Source: Patescibacteria group bacterium
GTDB lineage: Bacteria; Patescibacteriota; Microgenomatia; Woykebacterales; RBG-16-39-9b
DNA length: 56,835 bases
Assembly: GCA_025449635.1 (NCBI GenBank)
Contig: JANWIZ010000016.1
Coordinates: 1 to 56,835, forward strand
Direction of reading: 5' to 3'
Of the stretch, positions 36,255-43,611 are shown in pieces. Below the pieces are notes generated by a model. That model made no database searches and had not been told where the DNA came from. It was given only the letters and a program-made list of their open reading frames with translations. Each line of letters begins with the position of its first letter. The stretch's first letter is position 1. The translations under genes were made by a program, and so were the position numbers.

Positions 36255-37331
36255 ATGATAGATCTTGATAACACACAAGAATTAGAAAATCTTGATCCAG
36301 GAAAAGTTGCCGAGTCAATACAAGCCTTTCCTGATCAGGTAAAACAAGCCTGGAAAGATGTTAGTGAAATTGATATTCCAGCCGAATATTCAAATACCAA
36401 AAATATTGTAGTTTCTGGTATGGGAGGATCGACTTTAGGAGTTGATATATTAAGAAATCTTTTTAAAGATAGTCTTACCATTCCGTTTGTGATTAATAAT
36501 CATTACAAACTTCCTGCTTTTGTAAATCAAGATTCTCTAGTTTTGTTATTGAGCTACTCTGGCAGTACCGAAGAAGTTTTAGCTGCTGCCGAAGACGCAA
36601 AAGCAAGAAATGCAAAGATTATTGGAATTGCAGAAGGTCAGGACCTAGGTAATTTTCTAGCAGAAAATAAATTCCCAGCCTACGTGTTTAGACCGCAAGC
36701 AAATCCATCAAACCAACCTCGTTTAGGGTTAGGTTACACTTTTGTCGGTGCATTAGCTTTTTTGGTTAAACTCGGTTTTTTGAAGATTGATCAAGATGAA
36801 ATAAATAATGCGATAAATTTTCTTGAAGAGATTTCCAAAGGATTAGTATTGGAAGCCTTTAAAAATACGAATCAGGCAAAACAAATTGCCGAAAAGCTGA
36901 TCGATAAACAAGTTTTGATCGTTGGAGCAGAGCACTTAACTGGAAACGCTCATGTTTTTGCTAATCAGGCAAATGAAAACTCAAAAAACCTAGCAGCCTA
37001 TTTTGTAATCCCAGAGTTGAACCACCACTTGCTGGAGGGTTTGGAAAAACCAGAAAAAATTAGAGACAATCTCATTTTTGTTTTTCTAGATTCAAATCTC
37101 TACAGTGACAAAATTCAAAAGAGAGTGGTTGTAACCAAAGAAGTTCTTTCTGAGCAAAAAATTGCAAATGTGGGCATTACTTTACGTGGAGCAACCAAAT
37201 TTGCTCAAACCCTTGAAAGTGTAGTTTTGTCGAGTTGGATTACGTTTTACCTAGGAGCTTTAAATGGAGTTGATGTTTCAAAGATTCCTTGGGTGGACTA
37301 TTTCAAGAAACGATTAGCAGAAAACAACTAA
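36255..37331 (+). CDS. Bifunctional phosphoglucose/phosphomannose isomerase (SIS domain)
   Basis: 358 aa. It has VSGMGGSTLGVDIL, SYSGSTEE and C-terminal ELNHHLLEG. Confidence 0.82.
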   Translation: MIDLDNTQELENLDPGKVAESIQAFPDQVKQAWKDVSEIDIPAEYSNTKNIVVSGMGGSTLGVDILRNLFKDSLTIPFVINNHYKLPAFVNQDSLVLLLSYSGSTEEVLAAAEDAKARNAKIIGIAEGQDLGNFLAENKFPAYVFRPQANPSNQPRLGLGYTFVGALAFLVKLGFLKIDQDEINNAINFLEEISKGLVLEAFKNTNQAKQIAEKLIDKQVLIVGAEHLTGNAHVFANQANENSKNLAAYFVIPELNHHLLEGLEKPEKIRDNLIFVFLDSNLYSDKIQKRVVVTKEVLSEQKIANVGITLRGATKFAQTLESVVLSSWITFYLGALNGVDVSKIPWVDYFKKRLAENN

Positions 37332-37376
37332 GAATATATTTGAATAATTATTCAACTATGTTAGTATTGATTAATC

Positions 37377-38318
37377 ATGGAAAATAAAGAAACTCACGAT
37401 GTTATCATTGCCGGTTCCGGACCAGCCGGTCTTACAGCTGCGATTTATGCAGCTCGGTCGAACCTTAAGGTTTTGGTAGTTTCTGGCGTTGAGGCTGGAG
37501 GACAGTTGATTTGGACTACAGATGTAGAAGATTACCCTGGTTTTCCCGACGGAGTACAAGGTCCTGAATTGGTTGAATTATTTCGAAAACAGGCAGAAAG
37601 ATTGGGCGCAAAATTTGTGGCCAGTGATATTTCCGAAGTTAATTTAACGCAACGTCCTTTCGAAGTAAAAATAGGGCAAGATTCTTATTTTGGGAAAACT
37701 TTAATTTTGGCAACCGGATCTTCGGCCAGTTGGTTAGGTTTGGAGTCGGAGCAACGGTTGCGAGGAAAAGGCGTGTCTGCTTGTGCAGTTTGTGACGGTG
37801 CATTTTTCAAAGGAGTTGAGTTGGTTGTTGTAGGCGGAGGAGACAGTGCGCTTCGCGAGGCAATCTTTTTGACAAAATTTGCGACAAAGGTCTATGTAGT
37901 ACATCGTCGAGACTCGCTGAGAGCATTTAAGGCTTTGCAGGACAGAGCATTTGCTAACGAGAAAATCGAATTTATTTGGAATAGCGAAATAGTTGAAGTA
38001 TTGGGAGAGAATAAAGTTGAGGGTGTCAGAATCAAAAATAACCAAACTCAAGAAGAAAAAACCTTAAATGTCGGTGGATTATTTGTTGCTATTGGACACA
38101 AGCCAAATACAGCTTTTCTAAAGGGACAAATTGAGTTGGATAAATCAGGTTATATAGTTCTTAAAGAAGAAAGTAAAACTAGTGTACCAGGGGTTTTTGC
38201 CGCTGGAGATGTTCATGATTGGAAGTACCAACAAGCAGTGACTGCAGCTGGTTCGGGCTGTATGGCAGCACTTGAAGTTGAGGATTTTCTCGAAGAGGAA
38301 AAGACTAGAGAGAAATAA
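37377..38318 (+). CDS. trxB: Thioredoxin-disulfide reductase
   Basis: 313 aa. It has GSGPAG, the redox-active CAVCDG, GGGDSA and AAGDV. Confidence 0.93.
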   Translation: MENKETHDVIIAGSGPAGLTAAIYAARSNLKVLVVSGVEAGGQLIWTTDVEDYPGFPDGVQGPELVELFRKQAERLGAKFVASDISEVNLTQRPFEVKIGQDSYFGKTLILATGSSASWLGLESEQRLRGKGVSACAVCDGAFFKGVELVVVGGGDSALREAIFLTKFATKVYVVHRRDSLRAFKALQDRAFANEKIEFIWNSEIVEVLGENKVEGVRIKNNQTQEEKTLNVGGLFVAIGHKPNTAFLKGQIELDKSGYIVLKEESKTSVPGVFAAGDVHDWKYQQAVTAAGSGCMAALEVEDFLEEEKTREK

Positions 38319-38369
38319 TTTTCGCACAAAATATACAGCGTTAGTGTCACTTGTTAGACTATTGACAGG

Positions 38370-38416
38370 GTCAATATCTAGGTGTTAGCATTTAATTAAT
38401 ACCCAATATATTGTGC
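38370..38416. promoter_or_regulatory. Tandem NrdR-box-like palindromes about 31 bp apart, upstream of nrdR-nrdJ
   Basis: ACCCAATATATTGTGC (38401-38416) is a good match to the known NrdR-box palindrome acacwATATATwgtgt. A weaker box, GTCAATATCTAGGTGT, lies at 38370-38385. A TTGACA is at 38362-38367. Further weak copies are at 38324-38339 and 38483-38496. Confidence 0.6.
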
Positions 38417-38608
38417 TTTTGACTTTCCACACGTGAAACGTACACCACCAAAAAAGTGGTTCCGAGACCCATTCACAACAAAGCACAAAGTATTGGATAA
38501 GTTCTTTTTAATTTCTGAGATTTCAGCCAGCTTAAGGACAGGAAGCTAGTTTAGAAAAATAGCGTGATTTTTTGCGGCCAATTTTTGGAAGCAATAAAAG
38601 TTGTAAAT

Positions 38609-39076
38609 ATGAAATGTCCATATTGTAATTACTACGATACATCAGTTCTAGACTCAAGGGATTCTGAGGATTTAGGCTCTATTCGCCGCCGCAGAGAGTG
38701 TATGAAGTGCGAAAAAAGATTCACAACTTATGAGCGGGTTGATATGGTTGACATGATTGTTATGAAGAAGGACGGAAGAAGAGAGCAATTTGACAAGAAA
38801 AAGCTAATGACAGGAATGCTTAAAGCAACTGAAAAAAGACCCGTAACAATGGATCAAATTGAGAAAGCAGTTGATGAAATAGAAAGAGAGTTACGTAAAC
38901 GGGATAGTATCGAGATACCTTCAAAGATAATGGGTGAATTTGTGATGAATAAACTCAAAAAACTAGATGAAGTCGCGTACATCCGTTTTGCTAGTGTCTA
39001 TCGATCTTTTGATGATCTAGAGACTTTCGAAAAAGAAGTCAAGAGTTTATTAAAAAATAAGGGTCAGGTAAGTTAA
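38609..39076 (+). CDS. nrdR: Transcriptional repressor NrdR
   Basis: It has MKCPYCN...CMKCEKRFTTYERV (zinc ribbon) plus an ATP-cone. ATG 38609 is preferred over the GTG at 38564. Confidence 0.93.
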   Translation: MKCPYCNYYDTSVLDSRDSEDLGSIRRRRECMKCEKRFTTYERVDMVDMIVMKKDGRREQFDKKKLMTGMLKATEKRPVTMDQIEKAVDEIERELRKRDSIEIPSKIMGEFVMNKLKKLDEVAYIRFASVYRSFDDLETFEKEVKSLLKNKGQVS

Positions 39077-39120
39077 AGTTAATTGATTATTATTTTTAGT
39101 ATTTAAGGAGGACCTGCTCG

Positions 39121-41691
39121 ATGGCAAGCTCGAGTTCAAAAGCTAAAAAATCTCAAGGAAAGGAATTTGTATTTTCTGTACAGACACAGAAAAGGCTTGA
39201 AAGTTTGATCAACGATTCTGAGCAGACTCAACTCGAAGGAATCAGGCTCAAAGTGTTTAGTGATCGTTACTCCCTTAAAGACGCTGAAGGCAAAGCTATA
39301 GAGGCTTATCCAGAGCAAATGTGGTCTCGTGTAGCAGCTGGACTTGCACAGGTCGAAAAAACCCCAACAGATCAAGAGAAATGGACTAAGAAATTTTACT
39401 CTGCTCTTAAAGATTTTAAATATGTTCCTGGAGGTAGAGTCCTTTCTGGTGCTGGTACCCCTTACGAAGTAACTTTTTATAATTGTTTTGTCATCCCTTC
39501 CCCACACGATTCACGTAATGGAATTATTGATAACTTGAAACTAATGGTCGATATTATGTCTCGTTCTGGCGGGGTTGGTATCAACCTTTCCTCCTTGCGT
39601 CCTCGCGGGGCCAGGGTCAAAAAAGTTAACGGAACAAGCTCAGGACCGGTCAACTGGGCTCAACTTTATTCAACTGCAACTCATGATGTGATTCAGCAAG
39701 GTGGTAGTCGTCGAGGTGCTTTAATGCTGATGCTCAACGATTGGCATCCAGATGTTGAGGAGTTTATTGAAGTCAAAAAAGATTTAACGAGAATCAACGG
39801 TGCTAATTTGTCAGTGTGCGTTACCGATGCATTTATGGACGCTGTCAAGAAGAACGGTGATTGGGATCTCTACTACCCAGATATTACTGATCCGGAATAT
39901 GACAAACTTTGGGACGGTGATATTGATAAATGGAAAGCCGCAGGAAAAAAAGTTGTAGTTTATCGTACTGTCAAAGCCGCACAAGTATGGGAAAAGATTT
40001 GCAACGCAGCCTGGACAAGTGCTGAACCAGGACTGCATTTTATCGAGAGAAGTAACAAAAGAAGTAACACCTGGTACTTTGAGAAACTGATCGCAACCAA
40101 CCCTTGTGGAGAGCAGCCACTTGGAGCTTGGGCAGTTTGTAATCTTGGAGCAGTTAATTTGTCTGCTTTTGTAGACTCTAGTGGCAATTTTGACTATAAA
40201 GATCTTGAGGAAAAAGTTCAAACTGCGATTCGTATGATGGACAACGTGATCGATGCAACAGGTTACTATTTCCCTGAAAATAAAGAACAGCAAATGGGAA
40301 TTAGACGTACGGGATTGGGGACCATGGGTTTGGGCGATGCGCTGATAAAGATGAAACTTCGTTACGGTAGTACAGAAGCCCAATCAACAATCGAGAAAAT
40401 TTATAAAACAATCAGAGATACTTCTTATGAAGCATCAGCTCTTTTAGCAGCTGAGAGAGGGGCCTTTTCGAATTTTGATAAAGATAAATACCTTCAAGGT
40501 TGGTTTATCAAGAAATTGCCGAGTAAAGTCCGCGATTTGATTGCTAAAAACGGTATTCGTAATGCGGTACTGTTGACCCAAGCTCCAACGGGAACAACAT
40601 CACTTATTTCAGGAGTCTCTTCCGGAATAGAGCCGGTCTATGATTTTGCTATGATTCGACGGGACCGAACTGGAGAACACACGATATATCACCCACTTTA
40701 TCAAGCTTGGAAAGAAGCTAACCCAAATGTTGAAAAAGCACCAGAATATTTTGTTAGTGCTAACGATCTAACGCCAGAAGACCATGTAAGTGTTCAAGGT
40801 TTAATTCAGGATTACACTGATAGTTCGATCAGTAAAACAGTCAATGCACCAAATGCCCACACAGTTGACGAAGTGCGACGTCTCTATATGCAGGCTTACG
40901 ATCTAGGTTGTAAAGGTGTGACATACATGAGAGATGGAAGTCGTGAAGGCGTTCTCTCTCACAAGGACGATAAAGCTGAGAAGAAGGAAGAAACTGCAGC
41001 AGTGGCTGCTAATGTACCGGTGCATTTGCGCAAACGACCAGACAATCTTCGTGGGGTTACAAGAAGAATTGCGACCCCAGTTGGACATGCATTTGTAACA
41101 ATCAACGAAGATGAGGCAGGCAATCCATTTGAAGTGTTTATCAATGTCGGAAAAGCCGGTACTGATATCACTGCTGATGCAGAGGCAATTGGAAGATTGA
41201 TCTCTTTGGCATTACGAATACCATCAAATTACAGTCCAGGTGAAGTCGTTCAGCAAATAGTAAATCAAATATCAGGGATTGGTGGGAGTTCCTCGAGAGG
41301 TTTTGGAGCAGATCGTATTCACTCTCTTGCGGATGCGGTTAGCAAGGTATTGGCAGACTATGCTGGTAAAGTAAGTACTTACCCAGCTATCACAGAGGCA
41401 AAGCTTACAAACGGTAATAGTCAGGTTGCGGTTAATGGTAGTGCAAAAACAAATGGTTATACCAATGGAAACGGTCACACACCTGCACCTGAGGTTAAAG
41501 AATCAACAGCATCAGAAACAATAGAAGTTAAATCTGAAGAATCAACTGGTGTGACAATGCAGCTTTCGGCTGGATCTCCGATCAGTAAGACTGTTTCTCG
41601 TCGTGATATTTGTCCAAAATGTGGAGTCGCTAGTTTCGTATATGAAGAGGGTTGTAAGAAATGTTACTCTTGTGGACATAGTGAATGTTGA
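39121..41691 (+). CDS. nrdJ: Adenosylcobalamin-dependent ribonucleotide reductase (class II)
   Basis: 856 aa. It has the active-site region NPCGEQPL...CNLG, the SGGVG and GGSRRGA loops, and a C-terminal zinc ribbon CPKCG...CKKCYSCGHSEC typical of class II RNRs. Confidence 0.9.
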   Translation: MASSSSKAKKSQGKEFVFSVQTQKRLESLINDSEQTQLEGIRLKVFSDRYSLKDAEGKAIEAYPEQMWSRVAAGLAQVEKTPTDQEKWTKKFYSALKDFKYVPGGRVLSGAGTPYEVTFYNCFVIPSPHDSRNGIIDNLKLMVDIMSRSGGVGINLSSLRPRGARVKKVNGTSSGPVNWAQLYSTATHDVIQQGGSRRGALMLMLNDWHPDVEEFIEVKKDLTRINGANLSVCVTDAFMDAVKKNGDWDLYYPDITDPEYDKLWDGDIDKWKAAGKKVVVYRTVKAAQVWEKICNAAWTSAEPGLHFIERSNKRSNTWYFEKLIATNPCGEQPLGAWAVCNLGAVNLSAFVDSSGNFDYKDLEEKVQTAIRMMDNVIDATGYYFPENKEQQMGIRRTGLGTMGLGDALIKMKLRYGSTEAQSTIEKIYKTIRDTSYEASALLAAERGAFSNFDKDKYLQGWFIKKLPSKVRDLIAKNGIRNAVLLTQAPTGTTSLISGVSSGIEPVYDFAMIRRDRTGEHTIYHPLYQAWKEANPNVEKAPEYFVSANDLTPEDHVSVQGLIQDYTDSSISKTVNAPNAHTVDEVRRLYMQAYDLGCKGVTYMRDGSREGVLSHKDDKAEKKEETAAVAANVPVHLRKRPDNLRGVTRRIATPVGHAFVTINEDEAGNPFEVFINVGKAGTDITADAEAIGRLISLALRIPSNYSPGEVVQQIVNQISGIGGSSSRGFGADRIHSLADAVSKVLADYAGKVSTYPAITEAKLTNGNSQVAVNGSAKTNGYTNGNGHTPAPEVKESTASETIEVKSEESTGVTMQLSAGSPISKTVSRRDICPKCGVASFVYEEGCKKCYSCGHSEC

Positions 41692-41727
41692 CAATTTAAA
41701 GTTGTTGGATTAGATTAGTAACACTTT

Positions 41728-41780
41728 AAGATTTTCGAAAGTGCTTTAATTCGAAAATCTTGCACCCCGCTTTGCGGGTC
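41728..41780 (+). terminator. Two consecutive hairpins after nrdJ, a probable terminator region
   Basis: There is a perfect 12-bp stem AAGATTTTCGAA (41728-41739) paired with TTCGAAAATCTT (41750-41761). A CCCGC-TTT-GCGGG hairpin follows at 41766-41778. The trailing T-run is weak. Confidence 0.45.
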
Positions 41781-41789
41781 TTAAAAATT

Positions 41790-41939
41790 TAGATCAAAGG
41801 ATGTTTGGTGAAGCCTGGTGAGATTCCAGGGGAGTGCCGCTACTGTATACCCAGAACCCAACCTTTGAATTCCTTCGAGCAAAGGAGGTGCCGATGAAAC
41901 ATTGATTCGACCAACCCTTAGCGGTTGGTTTTCGTTTTT
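41790..41939 (+). promoter_or_regulatory. Cobalamin (B12) riboswitch with a terminator expression platform
   Basis: The core CCTGGTGAGATTCCAGGGGAGTGCCGCTACTGTA and the downstream GGAGGTGCC resemble the conserved GGTGAAAATCC / CCCGCCACTGT / B12-box elements. The element ends in the stem ACCAACC (41910-41916) paired with GGTTGGT (41923-41929) plus TTTCGTTTTT. Confidence 0.75.
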
Positions 41940-42008
41940 CTGCCAATTATTAAGTATTTAAAAGGAGTTAAAATATGTCGTTGACGCGTCATATTACTTA
42001 AGAAAGTT

Positions 42009-42428
42009 ATGAAATTTATTCAAAAAAACATTCTTTTAGTTGTAGTTTCTATTGCGGTTATTTTTGGTGGAGGTTTTTATTATATAAACCAAAATAAACC
42101 TGAGAATACGGAATCTAATACTTCCACAACACAAGAAAAGACAGAAATTACCAAAGTTACGATCAATTTTGATGGTCAGGAAAAAAGCTATGAAGTTAAA
42201 AACGCTATTGGTAAAACAGCTCTTGAAGTTACGGAAGAAGCAGTAACGATTGAGAAAACCGGAGAGGGAAAAGACGCTTTTATCAATAGTATCAATGGTC
42301 GCGTTGCAGAGGAAAGTAAGAACGAATTTTGGAAATTGGTAATCAACGGCAAAGACAGTGAAGTTGGAGCGGGAAGTTACACCATTGTAAATGGTGATAC
42401 TTTGGTTTGGGAAATCGATACTTATTAG
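42009..42428 (+). CDS. DUF4430 (transcobalamin/intrinsic-factor-like beta domain) protein, membrane anchored
   Basis: 139 aa. It has an N-terminal signal anchor. The C-terminus FWKLVINGKDSEVGAGSYTIVNGDTLVWEI matches the DUF4430 pattern W.y.vNG......ga....v.dGD.i.w. Confidence 0.75.
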   Translation: MKFIQKNILLVVVSIAVIFGGGFYYINQNKPENTESNTSTTQEKTEITKVTINFDGQEKSYEVKNAIGKTALEVTEEAVTIEKTGEGKDAFINSINGRVAEESKNEFWKLVINGKDSEVGAGSYTIVNGDTLVWEIDTY

Positions 42429-42445
42429 CAAGACTTAGGGTTGTT

Positions 42446-42487
42446 CAGTATGGCTGAGAATTGATATACTAGTTCTCAGCCATACTG
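42446..42487 (+). repeat. Perfect 15-bp inverted repeat (intercistronic stem-loop)
   Basis: CAGTATGGCTGAGAA (42446-42460) pairs with TTCTCAGCCATACTG (42473-42487) around a 12-nt loop, TTGATATACTAG. No T-run follows. Confidence 0.9.
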
Positions 42488-42500
42488 CTCCAAAATTATT

Positions 42501-43052
42501 ATGCAAAAAATACTCGAAAAATTAACTAACCCAGCAATATTTGTCTTAATCGCTGCTACTTTACGTCTGGTTCCGCACGCGCCAAATTTTGCCCCGATCG
42601 GCGCAATGGCACTTTTTGGTGGAGCTTATCTTGGGAAACGCTACGCGATTGCACTTCCAATAGCCGCGATGTTTATTTCTGATCTGTTTCTTGGGTTTGA
42701 CGGAATTACTTCAAGACTAACTGTTTACGGGGCATTTATACTTATTGGTTTGATCGGTTTTTGGCTTCGAAATCACAAGAGTTTTCAGAATATAATTCTA
42801 GCTTCTCTGACAGCTTCAATTTTGTTTTTTATTACAACCAATTTTGGGGTATGGGCCTTCGGAACGATTTATCCAAAAACAGTTGAAGGATTTGTGGCTT
42901 GTTTCGTAGCGGCAATTCCTTTCTTTCGAAACACAGTAGCCGGAGACTTGTTCTATACTGGAGTGTTTTTTGGTGGTTATGAACTAGTTTTACGACTTGC
43001 GCAATCAAAGAAGCTTACTTTAATTAGAAAGGGGGTCGAAAGAAATGGCTAA
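42501..43052 (+). CDS. DUF6580-like polytopic membrane protein (putative vitamin/cobalamin transporter component)
   Basis: 183 aa with about 6 TM. The N-terminal LRLVPHAPNFAPIGAMALFGGAYLGKRYA...ISDLFLGF is as remembered for DUF6580 putative transport proteins. Confidence 0.6.
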   Translation: MQKILEKLTNPAIFVLIAATLRLVPHAPNFAPIGAMALFGGAYLGKRYAIALPIAAMFISDLFLGFDGITSRLTVYGAFILIGLIGFWLRNHKSFQNIILASLTASILFFITTNFGVWAFGTIYPKTVEGFVACFVAAIPFFRNTVAGDLFYTGVFFGGYELVLRLAQSKKLTLIRKGVERNG

Positions 43053-43284
43053 AAAACAAGAGGAGTTTAGTGTTAAAGGTGAGGATGTCGTCAAAAAAGT
43101 AAAAGAAATAATCAAAGAAGGTAATGTCCGACGAATAATCATCAAAGATAAAAAAGGAAAAACCTTGATTGAACTACCGCTTACTATTGGGGTAGTTGGT
43201 GCTCTATTAGCCCCACCACTAGCAGCTGTTGGTGCAATTGCAGCTCTAGTGACTGAATGTACTATTGCAGTTGAGCGTGAATAG
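43045..43284 (+). CDS. DUF4342 domain protein
   Basis: 79 aa. VKKVKEIIKEGNVRRIIIKDKKGKTLIELPLTIGVVGALLAP..AAVGAIAALVTECTI is typical of DUF4342. It overlaps the upstream gene by 8 nt. Confidence 0.75.
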   Translation: MAKKQEEFSVKGEDVVKKVKEIIKEGNVRRIIIKDKKGKTLIELPLTIGVVGALLAPPLAAVGAIAALVTECTIAVERE

Positions 43285-43286
43285 GC

Positions 43287-43315
43287 TTGACTGAAGTTGC
43301 AAATCTATATATAAT
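43287..43315 (+). promoter_or_regulatory. Near-consensus sigma70-type promoter TTGACT-17-TATAAT
   Basis: The -35 is at 43287-43292 and the -10 at 43310-43315, with a 17-nt spacer. It starts 3 nt after the DUF4342 stop. Confidence 0.6.
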
Positions 43316-43327
43316 CTAAACTTCGTG

Positions 43328-43363
43328 AAAACAACTCTTGGTTCTGAGCTGTTTTCTTTTTTT
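43328..43363 (+). terminator. Intrinsic terminator-like hairpin plus T-run
   Basis: A 10-bp stem with one mismatch (43328-43337 paired with 43346-43355) and an 8-nt loop is followed by CTTTTTTTT. Confidence 0.55.
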
Positions 43364-43407
43364 GGTGTTTTCAACCACAAACAACCCAAAATAGAAATGG
43401 AGGCCTA

Positions 43408-43500
43408 ATGCTTACCGGTTTTGTTTGCATCATGATCGCGACTGCATTCGTTTTGACGATTTTGGATCCAGAAGGAGAGATACCGACACTAGGGATTTAG
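43408..43500 (+). CDS. Candidate 30-aa hydrophobic micro-protein
   Basis: GGAGG lies 5 nt upstream of ATG 43408. The product is MLTGFVCIMIATAFVLTILDPEGEIPTLGI*, with one TM-like segment. It is followed by a strong terminator. It is not in the ORF track because of its size. Confidence 0.35.
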   Translation: MLTGFVCIMIATAFVLTILDPEGEIPTLGI

Positions 43501-43539
43501 GAAACAGAGTCATAGAAGAGGGAGAGATTATTAAACCAA

Positions 43540-43582
43540 CCTACTTTGTTGTTAAGTCAAACAAAGTGGGTTTTTTCTTTTT
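43540..43582 (+). terminator. Strong rho-independent terminator
   Basis: An 11-bp stem CCTACTTTGTT (43540-43550) paired with AACAAAGTGGG (43560-43570), with one GU pair, is followed by TTTTTTCTTTTT. Confidence 0.75.
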
Positions 43583-43611
43583 GTCTGGTTTTTTTGATAT
43601 ACTTTTCTTTA

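Noticed and set aside
39136-41478. Several minus-strand ORFs inside nrdJ: 39136..39507, 39811..40383, 39960..40187, 40903..41088, 40959..41171 and 41272..41478.
   Set aside because: All are antisense to a full-length, motif-rich class II RNR. Their translations are low-complexity or Cys/Ser-rich, typical of shadow ORFs.
43546-43611. Upstream extension of the phosphohexomutase ORF (MLLSQTKWVFSFCLVFLIYFSL)
   Set aside because: The extension is encoded by the terminator stem and T-run. The family N-terminus begins at MEELKNK (ATG 43612).
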